Source: Candidatus Kapaibacterium sp. (lineage in GTDB: Bacteria > Bacteroidota > Ignavibacteria > Kapaibacteriales > UBA2268). From it: DNA of 64,000 bases. Where the stretch lies: the NCBI GenBank assembly GCA_937927515.1, contig CALBDO010000003.1, positions 67,274 to 131,273 of the forward strand. The letters are read 5' to 3'. The position numbers were made by a program, and so were the translations under genes. This document shows, in pieces, positions 1 to 9,417 of this stretch (its first letter is position 1; each line of letters opens with the position of its first letter). Under the pieces are notes generated by a model. It worked only from the letters and a program-made list of their open reading frames with translations, had not been told where the DNA came from and made no database searches.

Positions 1-1620
1 GGCTGTTGTATAGAAACATTTGAATGTAAATTCCCCTTGCTTGCCACAATTGCCAATTGTTCTGTGGCATGGAATGTAGATGGTAAGACAATGTCCGCAA
101 ACATTGTCATTTCGGAGGCGTGGGTCACGCAGTGTACAAAGAATGGAATCTTTTTCATTGCCTCGTCCCACCTTTGCGCACCTGCAACGGAGAAATTAAA
201 ATTGCACCAATAACCAATCGCCATTTTTATTTCATAAGGTTTCTCTTTGAGTATGTTGTTTGCAATATTTGCAGTAACAACACCAGAGCCTAATTTACCA
301 CTTGCCATAGCGGGCATATCGATATCTCCCCGCCCATCAATCTTCTTTTGTGAATTTCCAGTCTTAGCAATATCGTCAAGATAATTATCAACTGCGGGGG
401 TGCTTGCAACTTTATAAGACGGACCGCGTAATGTTCCACCCTCGTTGTCTGCAGAGCCCAAGAGTCCATTAAGTGCATGTATAGCCATAGCTGTATAACT
501 ACCACGTGGAGACATAGCCGGTCCTGGTCCTAACCAATGAATTACCCTTGGAGCAGCTTTACCCATTTCTTTAGCAATTTGTACTATTTTCTCTTTGCTA
601 ATTCCAGTAATTGGCTCAGCCCATTCAGGAGTTTTGTCCTTCAACTCGATGTTCCACCATTTAACAAGACCATAAGTATAATTTTCCTGAAAATCATCTT
701 CGGAAACGATTTGATTAGGTACAAATCGATTTACCCCATCTTTAAAATCACCAACAAATTCTTTGTTCCACAATCCCTCCGTAAGTATCACATGAGCAAA
801 GGCTACTGCCAAAGCCCCGTCTTGACCTGGTATTATCGGTAACCATTCATGGGATTTAGAAGCTGCCGTGGTTAATATTGGGTCAATGGTTACAACCTTT
901 GCTTTCTCGACCATTTTACCCCACTTATTCATCATTCCAGGAACTAAACGATTGGACCGCACAGGGTCTACCCCCCATAGCACTATGTATTTGGAATTCA
1001 TCACATCGTAATCTCGATAACCCCAGTAACCCTCTGTAAAAAATGATCCGGACTTTTCTGCTTCGGCACAAATAGAGCTATGCGAGAAAGAATTTGGTGT
1101 TCCAAGTATTTTCGGCATTGAACTATATACAATACTATTTAGAACAGGTGTATATCTACCACGCAAGAACATGAGCTTGTGTATTTCGCCATTACTACGC
1201 AACTCCATTATTTTGTCTGCAATAATTTCCAACGCTTCGTCCCACGTAATTGGGACAAACTGCGGGTCGACACCTCGACCTTTTAGCGGATTTGTTCGCT
1301 TCAGTGGAACTTTAATCCTATCGGGGTCGTAAGTCATAATTGGAATAAAGTGTCCCCTTGGACAAACATAACCCGGGTTAACTTTGGAATTGTGATTTCC
1401 TCGAACTTTAACCGCTCTTCCATTGATTACAAAGACCTCGATAGGACACCAGGTTGTACAGCCTTGACATGTTGAAGGTATCCATTTACCAACATCTTGC
1501 AAAATCACATCTTTTGTTTTGTTTTGAGAGAACACACGAACAACTGAATTTGCTAAAAGAGCTGTACCAACACCTCCAAGTCCAAGAGCTTTCAAGAAGT
1601 CTCGTCTTTGTATTCTCATA
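1..1620 (-). CDS. Molybdopterin (DMSO-reductase family) oxidoreductase catalytic subunit, PsrA/PhsA/ArrA-like. N-terminal ~540 aa only; the 3' end lies beyond the window start.
   Basis: Hand translation of the minus strand from the ATG at 1620 (RBS-like GGAGAG 3 nt upstream) gives MRIQRRDFLKALGLGGVGTALLA (twin-arginine signal), then CQGCTTWCPIEV...27 aa...C (CX2CX3CX27C, a [4Fe-4S] motif), and an open frame to position 1. It is missing from the ORF track probably because the stop lies outside the window. Confidence 0.8.
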
Positions 1621-1663
1621 TTCTCTCCATAGGTTTTGTGGATGATATTAAAAATTTATTAAT

Positions 1664-1680
1664 ATTCAATTTAAATGCCA
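1664..1680 (-). promoter_or_regulatory. Candidate sigma-54 (-24/-12) promoter for the oxidoreductase gene
   Basis: Minus strand reads TGGCAT-ttaaa-TTGAA, about 40 nt upstream of the ATG at 1620. The GG element and spacing fit the TGGCAC-N5-TTGCW consensus. The -12 GC is GA, so the match is weak. Confidence 0.3.
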
Positions 1681-1767
1681 TAATCAGAAAATTTACATAA
1701 CTTATTCATTTTAAATAAATTACACTAACTATAAATAAATTTAAATCCATTTTAAACAGAGGGGAAA

Positions 1768-1803
1768 GGTACGAATTTTAGTGATTTGGTACGAAATTTC
1801 GTA
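1768..1803. promoter_or_regulatory. Candidate enhancer (UAS) for the sigma-54 activator: two GGTACGAA half-sites 20 bp apart, the second inside the perfect palindrome TACGAAATTTCGTA
   Basis: Seen directly: GGTACGAA at 1768-1775 and 1788-1795; 14-bp perfect palindrome at 1790-1803. It lies about 90-140 bp upstream of the candidate -24/-12 element and directly after the regulator stop codon. It is AT-rich with no T-tract, so a terminator is unlikely. Confidence 0.35.
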
Positions 1804-1804
1804 A

Positions 1805-3154
1805 TTAATCGGTTAAACCGAACTTTTCCATTTTACTTCGAAGTGTATTTAGGGGAATTTTTAAAAGCCTTGCTGCTTGAGTTTTATTATTGTTTGCTAT
1901 CTTTAGAGCTTTTTGAATTAATTGTATTTCTAATTTATCAAGATATTCGTTCAGAGGTATATCTGGGATTTCCTCATACTTCTTTTCAAAGCTATTGTAT
2001 ATTTCATTAGGCAGGGATTTTAAGTCGATTTCATTGTTATTTGAAAGAAGCACAGTCCTTTCAGCTATGTTTTTTATTTCTCTAATGTTTCCTTTCCAAG
2101 AATACTTTTTCAATACCTCAAAGACTTCTGGATTTACATTCTTCATACCTCCGGCAAACATATTGACAAAATGCTGAAAGAGAACTGGCACGTCCTCAAT
2201 TCGCTCTCTGATAGGTTTTAAATTGATAGGAAAGACATTTAGCCGATAGTACAAATCTTCACGAAATAATCCTTTCTCGCACAATTCGAGCAAATTTTTT
2301 TTAGTTGCAGCAATTATTTTTGTATCCAACTTTATGAGCTTATTACTACCTATTCTTTGAATCTCTCCCTCTTGCAAAAATCTTAGTAATTTCACTTGCA
2401 AATCCAATGGTATATCATCTACATCATCGAGAAAAACTGTACCACCGTTTGCTTGCTCTAACTTCCCAATTCTATCTCTGATTGCCCCGGTAAACGAGCC
2501 TTTGATATGTCCAAATAATTCACTTTCGAACATTTCCCGGGGCAGTATGGCACAACTAACCTTGACAAAAGGTTGGTCTTTACGTGGACTATTATAGTGT
2601 ATAATGTTTGCAACTAATTCTTTGCCCGTACCAGTTTCTCCACATATCAACACCGGAGAGTTCGAATTGGCAGCGTAATGCAAAAGTTTTCTAAGTTCAC
2701 GAACAAATTCAGAAACGCCAATATAACTTTCAAATGAATATTTGCTCTGTTGATGTATATTGTAAGAAACAACTCGTGATTTTAGATTATTAAATTCTAT
2801 TAACTTTTCTATATTAATAAGTAATTCTTCTGTTGTAAATGGTTTGACAAGATAATTAAATGCACCTAATTTCATTGCTTGAATTGCAGTGTCAATAGAA
2901 CCATATGCTGTAATAACTAATATTCCCATGTGAGGTTGAATTTTCTTAAGAGTTTGAAGAAGCTCCAATCCATTCATGTCCGGTAAACGTAGGTCAGTTA
3001 TAATTATGTCAATCGGATTGCTGTCTGCATAAACAAGACAATCCTTTGCATTCGAAAAAGTAACGACTTCGTACCCATTATCTTTAAGTTCATCTGATAG
3101 AGTTATACGAATGATTTCCTCGTCTTCGACCAAGCAGATATTAAATTCTTTCAT
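1805..3154 (-). CDS. Sigma-54-dependent response regulator (NtrC/AtoC family: REC + AAA+ + Fis-type HTH)
   Basis: Receiver domain with the phospho-acceptor context (DIIITDLRLPDMNG). Walker A GETGTGKE, GAFTGA-type GSFTGA, ESELFGH. C-terminal HTH. Overlaps the kinase gene by 14 nt. Confidence 0.9.
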   Translation of the reverse strand: MKEFNICLVEDEEIIRITLSDELKDNGYEVVTFSNAKDCLVYADSNPIDIIITDLRLPDMNGLELLQTLKKIQPHMGILVITAYGSIDTAIQAMKLGAFNYLVKPFTTEELLINIEKLIEFNNLKSRVVSYNIHQQSKYSFESYIGVSEFVRELRKLLHYAANSNSPVLICGETGTGKELVANIIHYNSPRKDQPFVKVSCAILPREMFESELFGHIKGSFTGAIRDRIGKLEQANGGTVFLDDVDDIPLDLQVKLLRFLQEGEIQRIGSNKLIKLDTKIIAATKKNLLELCEKGLFREDLYYRLNVFPINLKPIRERIEDVPVLFQHFVNMFAGGMKNVNPEVFEVLKKYSWKGNIREIKNIAERTVLLSNNNEIDLKSLPNEIYNSFEKKYEEIPDIPLNEYLDKLEIQLIQKALKIANNNKTQAARLLKIPLNTLRSKMEKFGLTD

Positions 3155-4682
3155 TTTGAGAAACTCTACTAAATTTAATTTTTACCCAAGTTCCATTGCC
3201 AAAGTCAGAATGAAGCTCTATCTCAGCATTGTGTAGGTTTAAAATGTTTTGAACCACTGATAATCCTAAACCTGTTCCTTTACTACCTTTGGTAGTGTAA
3301 AATGTTTCGAACACTTTGTTAATATCTTCTTGATGTATACCAATACCATTGTCTTCAATTATAACTTCCACCGAGTTTGAGAAATCCGACACCGTGATTC
3401 GAATTTCTTTTTCACTTCTATCTTTGACTTCTGAAAATTTTTGGTCTATTGCTTCGATACTGTTGATTAAAAGATTAACAAAAACCTGTTCCAAATGTTG
3501 AAAGCTTCCAAATATATCATCATTAGAGGCTTTGTAATTTTTTTTTATCTTAATGTTACTTTCACTGAGCCTATGTGATACAAGAAGAAGAGATTTTTCA
3601 ATTATTTCAACTAATTTAACTTTTGTAAAACTTATATCCTGTTTCCTAGTGAAATTCATTAAATTAGTAATCACAAACTGTATTTTCATTGCAGACTCTT
3701 CCATCAAATCAAGGTATTTGAACAGTTGCTCTTGATTATACGGATTTCTTTTTAATCTATAAATCGAATTCAAAATACCAGCTACTGGATTATTAATGTC
3801 GTGAGCCAAACCAGCAGCAAGCACACCAATAGTAGACATTTTTTCTAATTGCATAAGTTGAGTTTGCATTTGTTGCAATTTAATATGCTTACTTATTAAA
3901 CCATCAACCATCCGTTGGAAATTGCTTATCAAATTATCAATTTCGTCCAACACGATAAATTTTTCAAAAAAATGATTTGTCCTTGCAATCTTCTTAAAAT
4001 CTACGGATGTTTCGTCAGGTAGATTACTTAAATCAAAATTTTGTGAGTACTCGTCAAGTCGTTTAATTGGTTTTGAAATATAGTTAGAAAACACAAATGC
4101 TCCAAAAATTCCAACTACAAAGAAAGCCAAAATCATAATTAAAAAAATCCTCATATTCTTTTGAACACCTTTTTCTATGTTTTTTATGTTAAGTCCCACA
4201 AAAAGATAGCCAAGACTACCCTTTAGAATTGGCTTATTTGCTTGGATAACCTCTAACCTTTCGTTGTGGCAAAACGTTGGATATTCCGACATGGACTTGC
4301 AACTATCAGAACACTTGTAATTTTGATTTATTAAATCCTGCATTGTTAGATCGTACGTACTTGCAATAACGACATTATTCATATTCTCCAATATTATAAA
4401 TTTTATGGAGCTATCACTGGACCTTGCTGAACTCAAGATTGTTTGAATTATTGAGGAATCCTTTTCAATTAAGCTGTTAGTCAATTGTTCAGAAATTGTG
4501 TTGGTGATAAAATTTAAGCGATTTAATAATTCACTTTCCAAAGTTTTTTTAAAATTCTCGTTGATTAATGTGTAGTTTATTGTCCCAAATACAATGACGC
4601 TTATAGTTAATGCAATTGCAAACTTCCAGAATAGAGGCAGATAAAATTTTCTTTTATAGAGTACTGGCTTTTTCATAATCAC
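3141..4682 (-). CDS. Sensor histidine kinase with two transmembrane helices and a Cys-containing periplasmic domain
   Basis: H-box LAHDINNPV. HATPase_c motifs DNGIGI and GTGLGLS. Two hydrophobic segments flank a ~160-aa loop containing YKCSDSCKSMSEYPTFCH. Confidence 0.85.
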   Translation of the reverse strand: MIMKKPVLYKRKFYLPLFWKFAIALTISVIVFGTINYTLINENFKKTLESELLNRLNFITNTISEQLTNSLIEKDSSIIQTILSSARSSDSSIKFIILENMNNVVIASTYDLTMQDLINQNYKCSDSCKSMSEYPTFCHNERLEVIQANKPILKGSLGYLFVGLNIKNIEKGVQKNMRIFLIMILAFFVVGIFGAFVFSNYISKPIKRLDEYSQNFDLSNLPDETSVDFKKIARTNHFFEKFIVLDEIDNLISNFQRMVDGLISKHIKLQQMQTQLMQLEKMSTIGVLAAGLAHDINNPVAGILNSIYRLKRNPYNQEQLFKYLDLMEESAMKIQFVITNLMNFTRKQDISFTKVKLVEIIEKSLLLVSHRLSESNIKIKKNYKASNDDIFGSFQHLEQVFVNLLINSIEAIDQKFSEVKDRSEKEIRITVSDFSNSVEVIIEDNGIGIHQEDINKVFETFYTTKGSKGTGLGLSVVQNILNLHNAEIELHSDFGNGTWVKIKFSRVSQNERI

Positions 4683-5341
4683 TTGCCAACTATAACCAAA
4701 TATATTAATTTAAACTTTGCTGAGAAATTTCTTTTGCTTTTTTACATTGCATAGTTTTTAGTTGATACCTTCATCTGTAATTGATAGTATTAAAAAATTT
4801 GGTAAAGGTTCAATTTCATCTACATTTTAAGCAATTTCAGAAATTTCTAACCGACATACAAAGAAATCAACTTTCCGACTAATCGAACATAGCCTTAACC
4901 TTTTGTATATTTTCATGGTGTTTATATTATTTAATCCAAACTTGAAACAATTTTTTGCATTCCGAAAATTAAAGGCTGAACCACTATTTGGGTAATTATT
5001 GTACGCTCTATCCTTAATTCATGTAAAATCAAACTCGGGCTCTTCCTTAGTTCAAAAACATATCTCTAAGCAAATAAATTAAAACAAAAAAACACGGAAT
5101 TAAAAGTTTGGAAAGCAATTTTATTGCTCCAATGAATGTGAAACCAAAATCCTTCGAACTGTATTTCACCTGTTATTTTTAAGTATTTTAAATATCTAAT
5201 TGCGACTTTTTTGCAAAAGAACTTTTTGGTATTAAATTGAAAATTACTAATGGGTAAAATTTTATGGAAGTCCACAGCCTAAATATATTTTTTAAAACAC
5301 CCGTTCGAACATGTATTCACAAGAAGATTATTGAAAATGGC

Positions 5342-5566
5342 TTAACCACATCCATTAGGACCACAGCTGGGACCACAAACTACAGGTGAAGTAGAGCGCT
5401 TATTAGTCTGGCCACTCAAAATAGCAAAATTCCCTAAAACCTGAATTACCTCTTCAGAGCCACAGTATGGGCAGTCGGGGTTTTTACCCTTTTCCTTTTC
5501 AGATAGTGACATTGTAATTTCAAATTTTTGGACACATTTTTTACAAATATATTCATATGTAGGCAT
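5342..5566 (-). CDS. FmdB-family zinc-ribbon protein (putative regulatory)
   Basis: MPTYEYICKKC...CPYCGS pattern typical of FmdB zinc ribbons; 74 aa. Confidence 0.65.
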   Translation of the reverse strand: MPTYEYICKKCVQKFEITMSLSEKEKGKNPDCPYCGSEEVIQVLGNFAILSGQTNKRSTSPVVCGPSCGPNGCG

Positions 5567-5722
5567 ATAAAACCCTCCTAATTATGACGACCACAATCAA
5601 GTTCTTTCATTTACATCAAATTAAATTACTTTTTGTATCTATAAACAAAAAGATAAAATTAAATTATATTTTAATTCATTTTCATTTTCACTCAAAATTA
5701 AAGAAATTTTCATTTGTATTAC

Positions 5723-6085
5723 TTAATTATTCAAGTCATTAATTGGTAAAGCATTTAAGGATTCCAACAAGTTGTCTTCCGATGTGGGCATGCCAACAGC
5801 AACAATTTTTTCATCTACAGATATAATTGGCAAGCACCCCCAGCCAAGTGCTCTAACAAGTGAAACAACGTCACGATTATTTTTTTGTACTTCCTTGTCT
5901 AGCAAATTCAACACCTCGATGTCAACATTATAACGCTTTTTTATTGTGTTAGTAAGCCAGTTTACTTCATCATCGCTTAATCCAATGGGACCACAACAAG
6001 ATGATTGAGGTCCACATGGAAACTGCTGAGGTATCATAAAAATTTTTACTACAGGATTGTTTTTTCCAACCTCTTCCATTTTCAT
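5723..6085 (-). CDS. ArsD-like small thioredoxin-fold protein (arsenical metallochaperone/repressor family)
   Basis: N-terminal Cys cluster PCGPQSSCCGPIG. By recall it is collinear with ArsD (VFDPAMCCSTGVCG...VQIERFNL...GLPLLLLDGETV versus ...DIEVLNL...CLPIISVDEKIV). Confidence 0.5.
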   Translation of the reverse strand: MKMEEVGKNNPVVKIFMIPQQFPCGPQSSCCGPIGLSDDEVNWLTNTIKKRYNVDIEVLNLLDKEVQKNNRDVVSLVRALGWGCLPIISVDEKIVAVGMPTSEDNLLESLNALPINDLNN

Positions 6086-6099
6086 AACTTCCCTCCTAA

Positions 6100-7407
6100 T
6101 TAAAATAAATTAAAAATATATCCAGCAATTACACAACCAATAAAACTCACTCCAACATATAACCATAAAACTTTTGGCTTGAAAACACCAGACAGCATTA
6201 TTATTGAAGGTAACGATAAACCAGGACCACCAAGTAAGTAACTCAAAGTTGCACCACCTCCCATCCCTTTATGTATTAATGCAAGTGCAGTTGGAACCTC
6301 CACATATGTACACACATACGCTAATACAGCAATAAAAGAAGCAATCAAAACCGAATCCAAACTCTTACCACCAACAAAATTTATAATCAAGTTTGTTGGA
6401 ATTAAAACTTTTATTGCACCTGCAATTAAAACTGCTAAAACAAGATAATAATTTAACTGCAAGAAAAAATCCCATGCAGTAGTGATTAAATTTCTTATCT
6501 TCTGTCTAAAAGGTACCTCCGTATCGCCTGTTGGTAAAACAAAACAGGCTCCAGTTACATCCATTGTAACATTAGTTGTTTGTGGAATATACCATTTACC
6601 TTCCTTATTCCTATCAAGTACTCCTGCTTCGCCTAGAAGGTATAATTTATCTTCTTCATTAGGAGCAAGCTCGTTAGTAGTGAGTCCTTGAGGATTCGCA
6701 ACAAGTTTTTTCCCCACTTCGAAAGCAAATAGTTGGAGTTCTTTTGGAAGAGAAGGTTTTACATTAACTTTAATTAATCTTCGCAAGAACCTCTCCTTTT
6801 TTTGCCAATAGGATGTAACCTGACCAACCAAAAGAGCAATTAGAAAAGTGCCGAGAATCCTACCAATTGCTAATTTCCAACCAAGAACAGAAGCAGTCAT
6901 AAATACAGCTGGGATATTCAACATTGGTGCAGCAATAAGAAATGCCATTGTTGCTCCTAATGGAATACCCGCTTGAACCATGCCAGCAAGTACTGGAACA
7001 ATACCACAGGAACAAATTGGGATTATTGCCCCCGAAATAGCAGCGACAAAATTAGCACCAATACCGCCGTAGCCCATTTTCTTCTTAACCTTTTCCCAAG
7101 GAACAAATACTACCAATGCCGATGCTAATAACATCCCTACAATCCAGTACTGAAATAATTCAACAAGTACTGCTGAACCTTTGATGTAGATGAACCATAA
7201 AGTTTCGAATATATTCAACGAAGGGGGTGTAGCTATTTCTTTTAGTCTAACCTCCTCTCCAGTTATCCCTTTTTCCTGAAGAAGGCCGTATTCGTAGAGC
7301 GAAGTGAACGATAAATCATTATAATAGACGTAAAATAATGCACTGGCATAGAGAATAAAAATTGCTAAAAGGTAATATAGCTCTTTTTTTGTAGGTTTCC
7401 TAAACAT
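6100..7407 (-). CDS. COG0701-type permease (two-repeat CSCG permease often found in ars operons)
   Basis: Polytopic membrane protein with CSCGIVPVLAGMVQAGIPLGATMAFLIAAPMLN and a duplicated half. Confidence 0.7.
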   Translation of the reverse strand: MFRKPTKKELYYLLAIFILYASALFYVYYNDLSFTSLYEYGLLQEKGITGEEVRLKEIATPPSLNIFETLWFIYIKGSAVLVELFQYWIVGMLLASALVVFVPWEKVKKKMGYGGIGANFVAAISGAIIPICSCGIVPVLAGMVQAGIPLGATMAFLIAAPMLNIPAVFMTASVLGWKLAIGRILGTFLIALLVGQVTSYWQKKERFLRRLIKVNVKPSLPKELQLFAFEVGKKLVANPQGLTTNELAPNEEDKLYLLGEAGVLDRNKEGKWYIPQTTNVTMDVTGACFVLPTGDTEVPFRQKIRNLITTAWDFFLQLNYYLVLAVLIAGAIKVLIPTNLIINFVGGKSLDSVLIASFIAVLAYVCTYVEVPTALALIHKGMGGGATLSYLLGGPGLSLPSIIMLSGVFKPKVLWLYVGVSFIGCVIAGYIFNLF

Positions 7408-8177
7408 TAATTACCCCTCTGATACTTGATAAAATATTTAAACGGTTAAAAATAATGAACATTTTCTTAAAATTTTGCTAATTTTTTTGGACCTAAATTT
7501 GTTCAATTATTATATGAATAAGCAGTTCTTATAATACAACTATTTAGCACCGTTTCAAACAAGCTAAAAAGGAAATTCCATCAATAAGTAAAATAGTCAT
7601 TTTGATAAAGTTTAAAAAAGTTTAATGCATCCATGTGTAATGGAACGATTAATTATTCTTATCTGGATGATGAAAGATAATTGCTTTGTATATTTCTGAG
7701 TGCATTTTAAAAAATCTCGCTTTCTCACTTGACAAAAAATAAATCGTGCTTCTTACCAATTCTTTGGAGTTGTCGGGAATGACAAAGGTATAATTAATCC
7801 TACACCATCTTTGTCCAAAAAGGTTATTATTTCGTTCTGTAAGTTATTCCCAAAGGATATACATACAATTAAAATTTGAATAATTACACGACTTGTTTCA
7901 TATTAAAACCTTTACTTTCCAGTTTCTGGAAATTCTGTTCTGTACTTCAAGAAGAAACGAGATAATTTTTACAATTACTTAAATTTAACTTTTCATCATA
8001 CCTATTAAAAGCATAGATAAAATTACAGTAAAACTTTAAAAATGAATTTAAAATTTGGGTCAGATTTTGATTAAAAGGTATTCTTTATATGTTGAATTTT
8101 AGGGAATTAAATTTAATTCCTGTAACTATTGCCAAATAATAGAATATTACAAGCAATTATTGTAATGTTGTAAAAAA

Positions 8178-9260
8178 TTATTTAACTTCGTAATACTTTT
8201 CTTTAAATTTAAGTGCAAAGTTTACAAGAGTTATCAACACAGGAACCTCGACCAGCGGTCCTATAACAGTAGCAAAAGCAGCAGGCGAGTTTAAACCAAA
8301 CACTGCAACTGCAACAGCAATAGCTAATTCAAAATCATTACTACTTGCAGTAAATGATACTGTAGCAGCTTTTTCGTATGATATACCTTGTCTTTTTAGC
8401 AAAAAGAAGGTAAAAAAGAACAAAATAGCAAAATAGAACGTATATGGCAAGGAAACTCTAACAACATCAACCGGCAATTCAATAATTTTTTCACCTTTCA
8501 ACGAGAACATAACAAAGATTGTGAACAACAAAGCCATAGGAGTAAGTAAAGATATCTTTGGTATAAATTTATCAAAGTACCACTCTTCACTTTTTATTTT
8601 TACAAATATGAGTTGAGATATTACACCTAGAGTAAAAGGTATGCCCAAGTAAATTAGAACACTAACGGCTATTTCCAAGATTGAAACCTCGACCAAAGCT
8701 CCCTTCATACCAAATAATGGCGGTAGTACAGTAATAAAAAGGTATGCATAAATTGAATAAAATAGTACTTGAAACAAGGCATTAAAAGCGACGAGCCCAG
8801 CAGCAAGTTCTCTGTCGCCTTTGGCTAAATCATTCCAAACCAATACCATAGCAATGCACCTTGCCAATCCAACGAGAATCACCCCAATGGCTATGTCTGG
8901 CTTATCAGGCAAAAAGATTAATGCAAGGAAAAACATTAAAATAGGTCCAATAATCCAGTTTTGTATTAAAGAAATACTAAGTAATTTTATGTTTTTAAAG
9001 ACCACTGGTAAATTTTTATATTTTACCTTCGCAAGAGGTGGGTACATCATTAATATTAAACCTATTGCAATTGGAATATTCGTGGTGCCAATACTTAAAG
9101 AATCCCAAAAATTTGCAATACCTGGAAATAACGAGCCAAACGCAACACCAATGAACATAGTAATGAATATCCATAAAGTTAGATATCTTTCGAAAAAAGA
9201 AAGTTTTTTAGAAACGGAGACATCAGTTTGTTTTAATTCGAAAGGCTTACCAGTTATCAC
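8178..9260 (-). CDS. acr3: Arsenite efflux transporter, ACR3 family
   Basis: [10 protein letters not shown]...GV..G..FP N-terminus and overall 10-TM ACR3/ArsB-type pattern; 360 aa. Confidence 0.85.
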   Translation of the reverse strand: MITGKPFELKQTDVSVSKKLSFFERYLTLWIFITMFIGVAFGSLFPGIANFWDSLSIGTTNIPIAIGLILMMYPPLAKVKYKNLPVVFKNIKLLSISLIQNWIIGPILMFFLALIFLPDKPDIAIGVILVGLARCIAMVLVWNDLAKGDRELAAGLVAFNALFQVLFYSIYAYLFITVLPPLFGMKGALVEVSILEIAVSVLIYLGIPFTLGVISQLIFVKIKSEEWYFDKFIPKISLLTPMALLFTIFVMFSLKGEKIIELPVDVVRVSLPYTFYFAILFFFTFFLLKRQGISYEKAATVSFTASSNDFELAIAVAVAVFGLNSPAAFATVIGPLVEVPVLITLVNFALKFKEKYYEVK

Positions 9261-9417
9261 TTGTACCTCCTAAAAAGAACAATGTTTGTAAAGTTCGACA
9301 AAAAATTCTTAGAGTCGGTATTAGAGTGAGTTTATTGTTTACTTAGAGAATTATTATGTTAAAGTTAGTAATTTAAAGATAGGAATTTAAACTTTGCAAA
9401 ACTAAAGGGTCAAAAAA

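Noticed and set aside
1454-1645. 63-aa plus-strand ORF at the 5' end of the oxidoreductase gene
   Set aside because: It is antisense to the hand-translated TAT-signal region of the molybdoenzyme, so it is spurious.
1768-1803. GGTACGAA palindrome considered as the terminator of the regulator gene
   Set aside because: It is AT-rich with only a short stem and no downstream T-tract. The regular 20-bp spacing of the half-sites fits a protein-binding site better.
7408-8177. Search for a hidden arsR or arsC gene or small ORF in the spacer
   Set aside because: There is no ORF of 60 aa or more, and by eye no ELCVCDL-type ArsR motif or CX5R ArsC motif in any frame. The region is left as non-coding, although decay of a former gene cannot be excluded.
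8821-9273. 150-aa ORF antisense to acr3
   Set aside because: It sits inside a convincing ACR3 transporter gene, and the frame is open only because of AT-rich codon composition.
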